DNA from: Microbotryum violaceum
Lineage: Eukaryota
Length of the DNA: 64,000 bases
Reading direction: 5' to 3'
Assembly: GCA_001244265.2 (NCBI GenBank)
Contig: CDLV01000009.1
Span: 310,001-374,000, forward strand
Below the pieces are notes generated by a model. It was not told the origin of the DNA. It did not search any database and saw nothing but the letters and a program-made list of their open reading frames with translations. Shown here piece by piece: positions 48,069 to 61,859 of this stretch (positions within the stretch are counted from its first letter, which is position 1; each line of letters opens with the position of its first letter). Made by a program: the position numbers and the translations under genes.

Positions 48069-51000
48069 ATGCCGACTCGGTCGCGTCGCTCGTTGGGAGC
48101 GGCCGATGCCGTCGTCGCCGCGGACTCGAATTCGACCCCGACCTCGACTGGGGTCGCTTCGACGAGCAAAGCCACCTCACCACCACCACCACCGCCATCA
48201 ACGCTTCCAACTGAGAAGGGTGAGGCCTCGACCTCTCGGAGATCGCGTCGTGCGTCGCATTCAGGTAGTGCGGTCGATCAGAAACCGGTCGTCAAGCCCG
48301 ATCACGTCGTCCAACTCGAACCGACCTCGTCCGCAGCTCCGATCGCAAGTACGTCGACTTCCTCCTTGGCTACATCGTCGAATGTGAATGCCTCGACACC
48401 GAACACACCCTCGTTCGAACTTTTGGTACCGTCCATCTCGGCGACGGCCAGTCGTAAGCGTCGCAAGTCGGTCGCCTTCAGCCGCGCATCTGCTCCCACC
48501 TCCGCGTCTGCATCTACATCCCAGCCGGCTCCGATTGCCTCGACGTCCGGTGCACCCCGCACTTACACCGAGGAGGAGATAAATGCTTGGAGGGCAACCG
48601 AGATTGAGGCCAAGTCGAACGAGGTCAGTGGTTCTGTGGAATACGAGATCTTCAGTAGAGTGGACCGTTGAGCTGACGCGCCCTTTCGCGCTTCACGATC
48701 CAGCTCGCCGAGATTGTGAACCGGCACGACGACTGCGTACGAGAGCTGTTCCATCTCGATCGATTCGTTACTTTGGTGGGGTTTGATCCCGCAGTAGCGA
48801 AACGTGAGTCTATCACCTCTCTTTTGATTTCCCTTCGTCGACTGCTTTCCTCGTAGGCGCTAACCATCTATGTGCCCCACTTGCTCGACATACGTAGAGG
48901 ACAAATCGGACGTATTCCTAACGTTCCAATACGACTATGACCTCTTCAATCACGCCACCCCCCAAGCCGAGGGGACTCGACGAGGGCGCAGGGCCACTCG
49001 ACGCGCTGCGAACGATGCCAAAGCCAGCTCGATCGGCGTGCCCGTCGTCGAAGCACAAGTAGTAGCAGAAGCGGCCGAGGTTGTACAGCCAACTTCGACT
49101 TCGACTGCAGCGACAAGTAGCACTTCTCGAAGACGTACCTCGTTCGATCACAAGGGCAAGGGCAAGGGCAAAGCCAAGGAAGAGATCGTCGAGGACGATG
49201 CGGCGATGCTCTGGCAGGCGTCGCAACTCGAGCAGTTGCCCGAGGAGGTCGTCGTAGCACCCTTCGAGGAGCCCGTGGAGGAACCGGAGCCGGAACGCGA
49301 GTTGCATCTCATTCTCAATTCCACAGCGGAGAGGGAGTATCTCAAATTGCAAGCGCAGAACGAGGCCAGGCGTTCAGGCAGGAGGTCGAGTTCATCTCAT
49401 GACAAGGGCAAAGGCAGAGCGATGCAGGCCGACGGGGAAAACCTGCCCGACTTTGACGAGGAGCTCTGGGAGGACGAACCCGTCGTCGATAACTCGATCC
49501 CAGCTTCGTTCTGGCCTCAGAATCGACCCCTGCAATTTGGTGATGCTCGTCTGGAGATTCCGCCGCCGTTGCAATTTTCCACCCCGGCCGAACTACGACA
49601 GACGAGCGACTTCCCACTGCCGCGTCGATCGCGCCCGGACAAACGACCCAAGTACTACCACGGTGAAGAACGGACCATCTACACGCATCATCAACAATTG
49701 CCCTTGCCTCGGCCCCATGACGGTTCACTGGATACGATGCTATCTCGTTTTTACTTTTGGACGGAGGATAAGATTGTGCAACCGCCTCCCGCCGAAGGCG
49801 ATATCGAAGCGAGGGCCACCCACGAAGCCGCGGTCCTGCTTGAGGCGGATCGAATACGAGCCAAACATGGGGTTCTTCACAATCCTGATTTGACCAAATC
49901 GGTCGAAGCGAAACGCGAACGAGATCATCAAGAGAACCTGATCGACCACGCAATCTATTTCAGCAAACTCGTACACGACGAACGCAAAGCCCATATCGTT
50001 TTGGCCAAAAAGGTGGGCAAGATGGTTTTGGCGCATTTCGATCGACTCAAGAACAAGGGGTCGATCGAGACGAAGGAAGAGGCGAAGCATAAGAAGGCGT
50101 TGGCGAGATGGACGATGCGCGAGGTACGACGCAAATGGAAGATGGCGATTGATGTGATCAAGGCGAGGAGGAAGGCCGCAGTGAGGGAGGAGAAGGAACG
50201 GTTGGGCAAGGAACAGTTGAACAAGATGTTGGACAAGTCGACGACGATGTTGCAAGCTCAACAAATGGAGATGGCGGGGGAAGAGGAGGAAGAGGAAGGG
50301 GAGAATGGCTCTTCGGCGGGGGAATCGAGCGACGAGGAGGGGAGTGAGGAGGAGGAGGAGGAGGAGAGCGAGGGCGGAGGGATTCTGGAAGAGGAGGAAG
50401 AAGAGCAAGGAAAGGAGGCGGAAGAGGAAGCAGAATCCTGTGCTCTTGCATCGGACGCTGCATCCTCAGAATCTGCAACACCTCCTACGGTCGCCCGAAG
50501 CAGTCGCCTCACGAATGGACGCCGAAATGCACCCCAGCGAGCGCGCTCACGGTTGTCCGTCTCGGTCACGCCCCTCGATCTGCAGGACGACGAAGTTGAT
50601 GCCGACCCGGATCTCTCTGTCGACGCCGATGTCTTTAAGGGGGACGGTGACGAAGGTCGAGAGGAGGAGGACGCGAAATTAATGGCCGAGATGGAAGCTG
50701 AGGATGAAGATGACGATGATGATAGTGAGCTTGGAGGATTGGCAGAGGAGGCGGATATGCCGATCGAGGAGTTGCTCAGGCGCTCGGGCTACGCGGCGAT
50801 GGTCCAGGCTGAGCAAGAGGGAACTGGAGATGAAGGTGACGCTGCGGAAGAGGTTGCGGTGACAGACGAAGCAGAGGCTGAAGCACCAGACGAGGACGTC
50901 TCGATGATAGACGACGCTTTGGTCGCTGCCAAAGACGAGGAGGCCGCGCCACTCACTGCCGAAGAGGTCGAAGCGGAGGCCATGTCCGAGTTTGGGTCTG

Positions 51001-54000
51001 ACAAGGTCGACGACGAGCGGGAAGACGAAGACGAACGACTGATGCGAGCTATGGAGGAGGACGAGGAAGATGCTGGATCGGACGATAGCGAGATGGATGG
51101 GCTGGTCGAAGAAGCCGATCTACCGATCGAGGAGTTGATGCGCAAGTATGGGTACGGGAATGGAAACGGAAACGGTGAGGTCAATGGAACCGATACCTCG
51201 ACGCGCGAAGCTAGCTTTGTCGCCGATACCGAGGACGAGCTACGCGTAAATGGCCGCGATCAAGACACCGCCGAGACCGAGGAAGAGGAGGAGGAACAGA
51301 ACGAGGAAGCAGAGGAAGAGCATCAAAGCCAAGATGAAGCCGAAGAAGAGACGCTGTCGAATGGCAAGCAGCAAAACGAGGCTGAAGATGGGGTTACAGA
51401 TAAGGACACGATCGTTCTGCGACCGCCGTTCCTCTTGCGAGGCTCTCTTCGACCGTACCAGCAAGCGGGCCTCGAATGGCTTGCTAGTCTGTATGCCAAT
51501 GGAGTCAATGGGTAAGCACAGCGGCTCCTATTACACGAGTGACTGTTAGGTATCTTTGAGCTCACTCGAGATACTTCTGCAGAATCCTGGCCGATGAAAT
51601 GGGTCTGGGTAAAACGGTGAGCACCGACGTTGTTCGCCTTCACTATGAATGGGAGCTCATCGCTTTCACCTTCAACTTGCCCAGATCCAAACCATCTCGT
51701 TGCTGGCTCACCTCGCCTGTGATCGCGGACAATGGGGACCTCATCTCGTCGTCGTCCCGACCAGTGTCATGCTCAACTGGGAGATGGAGTTCAAAAAGTT
51801 TCTCCCCGGCTTCAAGATCCTGACCTACTACGGCAACCAAAAGGAACGCAAGGACAAGCGCAAAGGCTGGAGCACTGAAAACTCGTTCCACGTCTGCGTT
51901 ACGTCGTATCAACTCGTGCTCGCCGATCAACACGTGTTTCGACGCAAGCCATGGCACTACATGATCCTTGATGAGGCCCATCACATCAAGAACTTTCGCT
52001 CCCAGCGATGGCAGACTCTACTCGGCTTCAACGCTCGTCATCGGCTGTTGTTGACGGGCACACCTCTACAGAACAACTTGATGGAACTCGTGAGTGGAGG
52101 TTCTGTGGGTACACTCGAGAGTGCTGCTGAGCTTGAGCGGTCCCCTTCACAGTGGTCCCTGCTCTACTTCCTCATGCCCCACGGCCTAATGCAAGATGGC
52201 AAGGGCCCATTTGCGGACCACTCCGACTTTCAGGCTTGGTTCTCTAACCCGATGGAAAAGGCGATTGAGAACGGCGAGGTGATGGACGAGGAAACGAAAG
52301 CGACCGTCAACAAGCTGCACACCGTATTGCGACCGTACCTTCTGCGCCGCCTCAAAGCCGAGGTTGAGACGCAGATGCCGGGCAAGACCGAGTCCATCAT
52401 CTACTGCCGCATGTCCAAACGCCAGCGCTTCCTCTACGATGATTTCATGAGTCGATCCCAAACTCGCGAGACGCTCGGCTCAGGCCACTTTCTCAGCATC
52501 ATCAACTGTTTGATGCAGCTGCGCAAGGTATGCAACCACCCGGATCTGTTTGAGACGCGCCCCATCGTCACGTCGTACCAACAGCGCCGGTCGATCGCGA
52601 ACGAGTATGAACCGACCGAGCTGCTCATTCGCAAGCGCCTACTCGCCGAGGAGCCGATCTCCAAGATCGACTGGGCGACCTTGACCTTGATCCAACCGAT
52701 GAACGAGACGTCAATGTCGACCGTCGCGGGTTCGTCGCTGCGGCGTCTCGACGCCTCGCCGCTGATGCACTCGTTGCACGCGCCTCCCGTCGACTTTGAC
52801 CCCACCGCCGAACCGCCACGAGACACGCTGACGGTTGCGGGGTGGCGTCGATACTACGACTGGCAACAGCATGCCGCCGCTTTTGCTCGCCTCGACCGCC
52901 TCGCCACCATCAACGCTCGACGTGTGAAAACCGCCGGCCCTTACATCGGTGCGGATCTGATCCACCTCGTCAGTGAGGTCGAGCGCAAATCGACGCTGTA
53001 CCCGACCGATTACGAAGGTGGTGATCCGCGCTCTGCCCTGGAGCGCTCGACGATCCTGCCCCACCTAATCCACTCGCGACTGCAGCGCTCCGAGATGCTC
53101 GACAAGACGATTGACACCTTCGCGTTCGTGACACCCAAAGTCCGAGTCGTTGATATCGAGCGTCACGCGCTAGCCGGTGCGACACAGGACGATGTCGAGG
53201 ATTTCGAATGGAATGCGCTCGCGGACGTGATCCAACCCGCCGCGGGGAAGCTCTCGATAGCTTTCCCCGATCGCTCGTTGCTGCAGTACGATTGCGGCAA
53301 GCTGCAAAAGCTCGACGAGCTATTGCGTGAATGCAAAGCCGGTGGTCATCGCGTGCTCATCTTTACGCAAATGACCAAAGTGCTCGACATCCTCGAAGAG
53401 TTCCTCTCCTTCCATGGGCATCGATACCTCCGCCTCGATGGCTCGACCAAGATTGAGCAAAGGCAGATCATCACCGAGCGTTTCAATTCGAACGACAAGA
53501 TCCTGTGCTTCATCTCGTCCACGCGTGCGGGTGGTCTCGGGATCAACCTTCAGGGTGCTGATACGGTCATCTTTTACGACTCGGATTGGAACCCTGCACT
53601 CGATCGACAGTGCCAGGATCGTGCGCATCGTATCGGTCAAACGCGCGAGGTGCGCATTTGGCGATTCGTGACTGAGCATTCGTGAGTGGGCCGTGGTCTT
53701 TACGATGAACGAACATGAAATAGTTTCTGACCCCTCTGGACTCTTGCCCGCACAGCATCGAGGAGAACATGCTCAAGAAGGCAAACCAGAAGCGTCGTTT
53801 GGACGAAATGGTCATCTCGGACGGCGAGTTTACGACCGACTATCTACAGCGTCTCGATTGGCGCGATTATCTCGACGAGAACCAGCTTGAAGAACTCGGG
53901 GTAGACGCCGACGCCGATCCGACCCAGGGTGGAGGTCCGGTACAGACCGAAGCTGAGATCCGACAGGCTTTGGCAGCAGCGGAAGACGTTGAAGATGCGA

Positions 54001-54305
54001 CGGCGGCGAGGGCGGCGATCACGGAGTTGCAGGTCGATCAGAGCGATTTCAGCAACGAGGCTGTGGCTGCACCTACGACGGTCAACCATCCTAGCTTGGA
54101 AAGTGTGAATGGAGGGCGCGCTGAAGGGTCAGCAACGCCATTGGGAAGCGGGGCCGAGTCCCCTGCTCTGGGGGTGGGATCGAATGGGGACGTCGAGATG
54201 GCTGCGGCGGCGGTCGAGTACAACCAACCGGTCGATCCTTTGGCGGGTACGATCGATGGTTACATGGTCAATTTTGTAGAACGTAACTTTGAACTGTTTG
54301 TTTGA
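48069..54305 (+). CDS. SWR1: Swr1 Snf2-family chromatin-remodelling ATPase
   Basis: HSA-like basic helix; acidic region; LRPYQQAGLEWL; NG|ILADEMGLGKT; LDEAHHIKNFRSQRWQ; split-ATPase insertion; LQYDCGKLQ; QDRAHRIGQTR. Confidence 0.95.
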
Positions 54306-54489
54306 GTAGTCAGGCTTTCTCTCTCGGAAATTGTCTTTTATCAGGATGTAGTATCACCCTCGCAATTTTCTCTTGTGCCCGGCGCTCACATAGTCCGCGT
54401 CCGAAGTGCCTTTTCTCAGTCCAGCTTCATAGAGTTCTCCCGCAAAGACGTGATTGCATCACACTCATCTATACAGCCCATCGCCCAGC

Positions 54490-55327
54490 TCATGCCGATG
54501 GTGTCGGACTCGCTGCCGCTGCCGCTGCCGCTGCGGCCGCCTCGGCCTTTTTAACCCTAGACCAGGTCTCCCCCAACTGGGCCGAATAGTCCTTGAGCAG
54601 GTTCTCCTTGTATGGGTGTTCGGCATCGGCAAAGATCATGAGACGATCCAACCTCTTGGCGCGCAGTCGGTTCTTGGGCAACATCCCCGAGACGGCTCTC
54701 CGGATGATCTGGCAAAGGAAAGCTCGTGCGGTTTTAAAAGACATGTGCGAGCATCCTCCGCTCCGAGTAGCACTGACCTCTTCGGGTTTGTTCTTGAGCA
54801 TGGTCTTGTACGGGATCTCTTTGAGCCCGCCGGGGTACATGGTGTGGTGTCGGTAGAGCTTCTGGTCGGCCTTTTTGCCTGTGACGGCGACTTTGCTCGC
54901 GTTGGTCACGACGACGTAATCACCGCAATCGGCTGTGGGACGATCAAGAGGTTAGTTTCCTTTAGCACGAAGATTTTATATTACACTGCGCGTGGGGGTG
55001 TGACTGAACTGGCTGGATCGAATATGGGCTTGTGCTTGCCCATCAAGGTGATCGCAATGCGGGTCGCCATCCGTCCCAAGATCTGCCCATCGGCATCGAC
55101 CGATCTCCATGTCCTTGCATAAGCCAAAGCGGTCTGTGTGGCAGGGTCAGATTTTGAAATCGATCAGGTCGAGGAAGAGCACGTTGCGAATTCCTGCTTC
55201 AAGCAGTAAAGCGCGGACTGACGTTTCCTACGGCCATGTTGGGCGTCGGTCGACGAGCCAAGGTACGGGTGGCGGCATTGAAGCTGGTCGAGGCGGTCTT
55301 GGTGGCTTTGGTTGTTATTGTGGTCAT
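54490..55327 (-). CDS. MRPL23: Mitochondrial ribosomal protein uL13m
   Basis: [67 protein letters not shown]; Thr/Arg-rich N-terminal leader. Confidence 0.92.
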
Positions 55328-55702
55328 GGTGATGTGATATGCTGTGGGCGGAGACTGGTGGGGAGGAGGCTAACGGGCAAGTTCGAGTTCGGGTGATTCT
55401 CGTCGTTCTCTCGCTCGGCTCGCTCGCTCTCTTTACACTCTTTCGCCCAGGCTGCAGCTCTCGCCGCTCTTCGCCGCCGACTGCCGCAGTTCTGCCGCTC
55501 TCGCACACACGCGCCGCTGGTCTGGTCTGGGCTGGCCCTCTTGGCGCGGCGCTCCCTGTGCGCCTTCACTTGCGCCGCTGTCAGTTGTCTCAGTAATACT
55601 CTCAGTCGCGGAACGAAGCCAAAGTCAACGCACTCACTCACTCGGGGCCAACGGCGGAGCGACAGACGGCCGCCCATCGAAACCCCTCTCTTCCCAGATC
55701 GG

Positions 55703-57018
55703 ATGTCTGGTACTTCCAGTCTGGATCGGTGAGCTGCTTACACAGGCGTGTTCACTGTCAGCGTACACTCGCTTACATCCCACCCTCGTCATCACCACAG
55801 GCAGATACAGCAGCTCAAAGAGTGGTGAGCCATCAAGCACACCCCGTGCATGCTTCCCTAATCCACCCCTGACCACCTTCAACCCCTTCAACTCCTCCCC
55901 CCTTAGCCAACCCATCTCGGAACAACAAGTCAAGGACCTGTGCTTGAAGGCGCGCGAGATCCTGGTCGAGGAAGCGAACGTGCAATGGATCGACTCGCCT
56001 GTCACCATATGCGGTGACATACACGGCCAGTTCTGGGACCTGCTCGAGCTCTTCAACGTGGGCGGTTCCTGTCCCGATACCAACTATCTGTTCTTAGGTG
56101 AGAGGCTCTCGGCTTCCTACCCCCCAGGCACGCCGCAGCCCCTGACTGTATGCATCTCCCTGCGCCCCTCCCCTTCCCCAGGCGACTACGTCGACCGAGG
56201 CTTTTACTCCGTCGAGACCTTTCTCCTCCTCCTCGCCCTCAAAGTACGCTATCCGGACCGCATCACCCTCATCCGGGGCAACCACGAATCCCGCCAAATC
56301 ACTCAAGTCTACGGCTTCTACGACGAGTGCCTCAAGAAATTCGGCAGCGCGAGCGTGTGGAGATACTGCTGCGAGGTGTTTGATTACCTCAGTTTGGGCG
56401 CGGTCGTAGATGGGAGGGTCTTTTGCGTTCATGGAGGGCTGAGCCCGAACGTGCAGAGTCTGGATCAGGTCAGTTCATCGCACCTTGGTTCGGCGCTTCC
56501 GAGATGAGGGTGCTCAAACCCTGCCTTCACGCCGGCGCGTTCCCACCCAGATCCGCCTGATCGACCGAAAACAAGAAGTACCCCACGACGGAGCCATGTG
56601 CGACCTCTTGTGGTCCGACCCGGACGATATCGAAGGCTGGGGGCTATCCCCGAGAGGAGCGGGTTACCTCTTTGGCGCCGACGTCGTGCGCCATTTCGTC
56701 CACAATAACGATTTGGACCTCATCGCACGGGCTCATCAATTGGTACGGTTGCTTGGATTGAGCGGGGCTGCTATCTTAGATGACGGAACTGATCGACGCT
56801 CTGTTATACATCAGGTAATGGAGGGTCACAAGCTCATGTTCGAGAACCTGATCGTGACCGTATGGTCCGCCCCGAACTATTGCTACCGATGCGGCAACGT
56901 CGCCTCGATCTTGACCTTGGACGAGAACCTGCAGTCGACGTACAAGAGTTTCGACGCGGCACAACAGGATTCGCGAGGGATCCCGGCCAAGTCGACGGCG
57001 CTGCAGTACTTTTTATGA
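55703..57018 (+). CDS. PPH3: Ser/Thr protein phosphatase 4 catalytic subunit (PP2A-like family)
   Basis: [67 protein letters not shown]-terminal YFL. Confidence 0.9.
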
Positions 57019-57791
57019 CCGGGTCCTTTTGCTCTCTCTCTCTTTCTCTCTCGCCTCTTCCTTTTTTCTACCGTGTACGAACGCAGGGCCCCACAGCCTC
57101 CGCATCACCTGTCCTTTATCGGGAATATCTCGATCTCTTCTGTCTAATTCTGGCTCATTAGAGAGTATATGAATACGTTTTTTTTTCGCGTATTTCGACC
57201 GGATTGTCTTTGAACGAGCTGTAACCTCGTCGTTCAATGTTAATGGGCGACCTTGGGCCCCTCTCAAGTTCGGCGGCCCGCATCACAGCACGATCTAGGA
57301 GGTTACATATCCCATCTCTTGTAAAGAGCAGGTATCTCGGAGTTTACATTCCAGTTTGCAGGCTTTGTTGATTCATCCGCACATGAGTTCGGGCAACTGC
57401 TGCGGTGGTCGTGCCCCTAATCGTGTTGCCAAGTGCCATGGTGTGTGCGCTGTGCATCCGGAGGGAGTAATCTACGGTAGGTAGGCGGGGTAATAATTTG
57501 GATCTGGGAGCACTGATAGTCAGAGTGAGAACGTGAGACAGAGAAAGACAGAGCAGATCGCGACCCTGTTCGGAATCGCCTCGCTTGGGTGAGTCCCAAT
57601 CCTTGTTCGGACAAGACAACCCCCAGGTGTACCCCGCACTTTTTCGACATGACGCAATTCAAATGGAGAGTAGATGCATTACAAGACCGGGGCGCTTCAC
57701 ACTCGAAAAACCCAGACCTGAAACAGAACAGAATACCCAAAGAACGTAACCCCAATCGGCAGGTCCCCCTTCCCAACCTTTTTTTCTCACT

Positions 57792-60279
57792 TTAAAGCTT
57801 CTCCCTCGACAACAAATTCCTCTTTGAGAAAATGTGCTCGACCTCAGTCGGTTCCCCACTCGCATGTTTGGGTTTGACCTCTTTTCGTTCCAACATGGGG
57901 ACGTAAGGGCGTGAGCCTTCGCCAAGGTAGACTTGACGCGGTCGCCAGATCTTGACGCCACCGGCTTGGAGCATCATTTGGCGCCAGTGGGCCAACCAAC
58001 CGGCTATTGTTGAAAGAAAATAGAGGTTAGAGAAAGGTAGGATGAGGTTGTATCGGGTATGGTCTGAAATGGGAGCAAAAGCGATCACTCACCAATCCTC
58101 GGTACGGCAAACAAGATGGGGAAATAGTCCATCGGGAACCCCATGGCTTGATAAATCAATCCGGACCAGAAATCGACGTTGGGGTACAACCTCCTTTTGA
58201 CGAAGTACTCGTCCTTGATCGCCGCATCGTGCAACGCGATCGCCGTCTCCAGCAACTTGTTCTTGCCCGTGACGGCAAAGACTTGTTCGGCCGTTTTGCG
58301 GATGATGAGCGAGCGAGGATCCGAGGTGCGGTAAATGCGGTGGCCGAAGCCGGAGAGAACGACTTCCTTTTTCTTGACTTTTTCGAGGTAAGGCTTGACC
58401 TTGTCCGGCGTATCGATCGCCATGAGCATACGGATGACGGCTTCATTCGCTCCGCCGTGCAAGGGGCCGTAAAGAGCCGCGCAACCGGATGCGACCGCGG
58501 AGTAGGCTGTACGTTGGCAGACGAATCAGGATCAACTTTTTTTTTCGCGTGCTGGCTCGAGTCTTTAAAGGCGTTGACGTACGATCAACAAGCGTACTTC
58601 CGACCTGCAACGTCGTCGCGGCACTCGCATTAAGTTCATGATCGGCATGCAAGAGGAACAAGGTGTCGAGTGCCTTGGCCAAGACGGGGTGGGGGCGGAA
58701 CTCGCGCTCGTTGAGGTGGTCGAGCAAGTACAAGAACGTCTCGGTGTAGCCCAATCCAGCGGGAGGTTGGTTGAAGGGTCGGCCTGTAAGTGGGAGACAC
58801 GTTCAGGGGTCAATATTCAATTTGTAGAGCCCCTTGGTGGATCAGCGCCCTCACCCACCCTGACGCATCCTGTAAGCCATCGCCGCCAACGTTGGCGCCT
58901 TGCCGAGCAAACGGAAGATCTGCTTATCCATCGTCATCAATGACGACATCGTACCCGAGGTGTAGAGCTTTTGTCCAGCCAGACTAGGGTTCGCTTCTGG
59001 GGCAAAGGCACCGAGGGAAGCGATTCCACTGATGAGGATGCTCATGGGGTGGGCATCGTAGCGGAAGGCGGAGATACTGCGAAGAGGAGATTGGGGGGGG
59101 GGGGGGGGGGGGGTTCAGGATCCTGCACACGCTGCACGCGTGATATCGGTGGTGGAAATGTTCTTACATCTGATCAAGATCTCGGTGGGTGTAAGTATGC
59201 CCCAGAATCTCGGACTCGAAGATTCTGAACTGACGTTTGCTCGGCAATTCTCCGTAGCTTCAAACGAGGAAAGGGTCCGAGCATCAGTTTCAACGCGCGA
59301 GAGCAAGTCGATACTGATGTGAACGTACATGAGCAAGTAAGAGCATTCCAGGTAGTTTGATTTCTCGGCCAGTTGCTCGATCGGGTACCCACGGTAGCGC
59401 AAGATGCCCTACAAGCCCAAGCGTCGGAGTTGGGGGATGGGTCTCGATCAGCCGCGGCCCTCGCGAATCAAAAAGTGTCCGAATGCCCTCTTGACAGTCG
59501 GCGCTCGGTCCGGAGGTGCCGTCGTCATGCCCCAAGTTCATTACGCACCTTTTCTCCATCGATGAAAGTGATGGTCGATTCAATGACGGCCGTGTTCATG
59601 AATCCTGTAGTTTATTTGAGAGAGCGTTTTCCGTCAGCATGTCGCACTGGATGCCGCAACTCCGGATAGATCGCGCCGGCGCGGACTGTAGTTGTCCCGG
59701 GTGGGCGCTTGTGTGAAATCACGCGCCGGCCGCGGTCCAAAGGTCGTCCCCCCCAAAACCCAAGCTCCGAAGCCGAGTCGATCTCGATCCAGAAACTGAC
59801 CTGGGTCATAGACTCGAATACCATTCTCGATCTCATCTTCTTCGCGTTCTCCGTTGCTCAACTCCTTCTTGGACAGTTGTTTGAACGCGGTGGCGGGGAT
59901 GGCGTTGTGCTACAGTGAGAAAAGGGGTCGATTACGGGGACAGGCAGATTCAGGTTGAGCGCCTGCGAGGTGAAAGGCTCCGGAGGCGAACGGGATGAAC
60001 ACTAGAAAGCTGTGGAGTACTGACTTGGATGGGAACATGGATCGTCTTGCCCGTTCGGTTGTCTGTACAGTGTCAGTCATACGGGTGAGAGTAGTAATGG
60101 TCAGCTTCGTATTCCCCAACGTCGCCCCTCTGGCCTCATGGCTCCGACAGGTTCGCCGCCCACAACGATCACAGCGCCGTCCTCGTCTACGATCAGGTAC
60201 AGCGGCTACCTCGTCTCGATGACTTGCCTGTGATAGTTAGCGAGTTGGAAGACTCGGGCGCGGGTGCTGATTTGCCCAT
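57792..60279 (-). CDS. Citrate synthase, peroxisomal/type-II-like
   Basis: [86 protein letters not shown]. Confidence 0.92.
59093..59113. repeat. G21 homopolymer (poly-C on the sense strand) in a citrate synthase intron
   Basis: Read directly; lies just upstream of the 3' splice site on the minus strand. Confidence 0.9.
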
Positions 60280-61162
60280 GGTTTGTGAGTGCTCGCCGTG
60301 GATGGTCAAGGCTCGATGATGGGTTGAGGATGTGGTGGGATGCGGAGGAGCAGCTGAGCCGACTGCCCGAACGTCGTCGAATTCGAACTGACGTCTGACT
60401 CGGGAGTCGGCAAACCAAGCCAACCCCAAGAATCCGGGCACACGGGACGGGGAAGCCAGAGTAAGACTTACGAAATAGTCATGTAGCATGTCCTAAGGCC
60501 ACCTGTTTAATTAGTTTCTCGTGACTGCAGTGCCTCAAGACAGCTCTCCAGCTGAAAACCTGCCAGTGCAAACATTTGAGCTTTGTGCATACTGGTCCGC
60601 CTCTGGCACTCGCCCACTGCAAACACCTATTGTAAATCAAGGTAAGCCGAGTAAAATACTACATCACGAACGATTCTGTGACAACAATCTATGAGAGACC
60701 AAGGTCGAGAGTCTTGAAGTCAGAGCCGGATGAAATGATGTCGATTATTTGGAAGTACTCGGGAAGCCTCAGCCTCTCAAACGCTTTGTCGTACTGTCAA
60801 GAGCTCATGTTGGCAAGCTCAATATTCGTTAGTTATGGGATATTGGCACCGTTTCATCAAGCAAGCTCGTGACGCCGAATGACTGCAGTGGCGCCGCCGG
60901 GCCGATAAGTAAATTGCAAGCGCCAATTTTTTGCCTACATCGCATCCCCATATATGCTACCAGCTTGCTCGTCCTGGCAACCAAAACAACTGGCGCCTCT
61001 GCGGGTCAGGCATTCGAAAACCCTAGACCTAAGCCCGTCCTGGCGACCGTAGAATCCTCGGCAAATTGAGTCACATGACCTGACCTACTTAGTAGGCTGG
61101 CAATCAAGCGCGCCCTGACAAGGCTGGGCCTCTCAGAGCTTCGTCGCCTTACACGATAGGTG

Positions 61163-61794
61163 TCGTTGCTGACGTTTTACGCGGGGTAAAACATGCGCCT
61201 GCAATGTACTCTTTCTTTGAACCCGGCAGCTCACAACTTATGTTACGGGACATTTCGATACTCAAGTGTCCAGCCAAACCAAAGTCGTGGTCTGCTGCAA
61301 CTCTCAAGTTCCCGTTCCCACCTCCGCTGGTCAGGTCCCGTCCAACGACAACTGCCTCGACGTCGTTCACCTCTTTCCTCACTGCATGGAGCGACAGCGG
61401 ATAAGCTGAGGAGTTGGGCCATGATAAAGCAGGAGATCGAGGCGACTAAGGCGAGAACTGGGCTCAAGCTGGCAGATCTTCGCACGCTGAACGAGGTGTT
61501 CGCTTTCATGGAGCTGAAGAGCAGCCGTTGTGAATGGTATGCAGCGGAGGCGCAGTCCTTAGGCGTCTCTACCGGATGACGTCAACCCATCCGATCCGAC
61601 GATGGGTCTTTGCGGCGACCATGTGCGGGTGCTACCTCCGCGTTTACGTGCACACGCCAGCAGGGATAGTCCATACTACCCCAATTAACTGCGCCTCGCC
61701 GAACGGTTTGCGCATCCTCAAGCGTACAATATTGCGCATCCTCAATGGGGACCTCGATTGGAAAATTCGACAAGCGGGTGGACAATGCGGATAG
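61163..61794 (+). pseudogene. Frameshifted fragment resembling the N-terminal region of fungal-type (FunK1/Pkinase_fungal) kinases; left palindrome arm
   Basis: EVFAFMELKS..AEAQ; PIRRWVFAATMCGCYLRVYVHTPAGIVHTTPIN, split over different frames. Confidence 0.55.
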
Positions 61795-61859
61795 GAGATC
61801 CCGCAGTGAGAGCGAGATCGGAAATGTAGCGGCAGTGGTTACAATGCCGTGCCACGAAA

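Noticed and set aside
57383-57484. Short Cys-rich ORF (MSSGNCCGG...) between the PP4 and citrate synthase 3' ends
   Set aside because: Only 33 codons, no signal peptide or family motif; cannot be told from chance.
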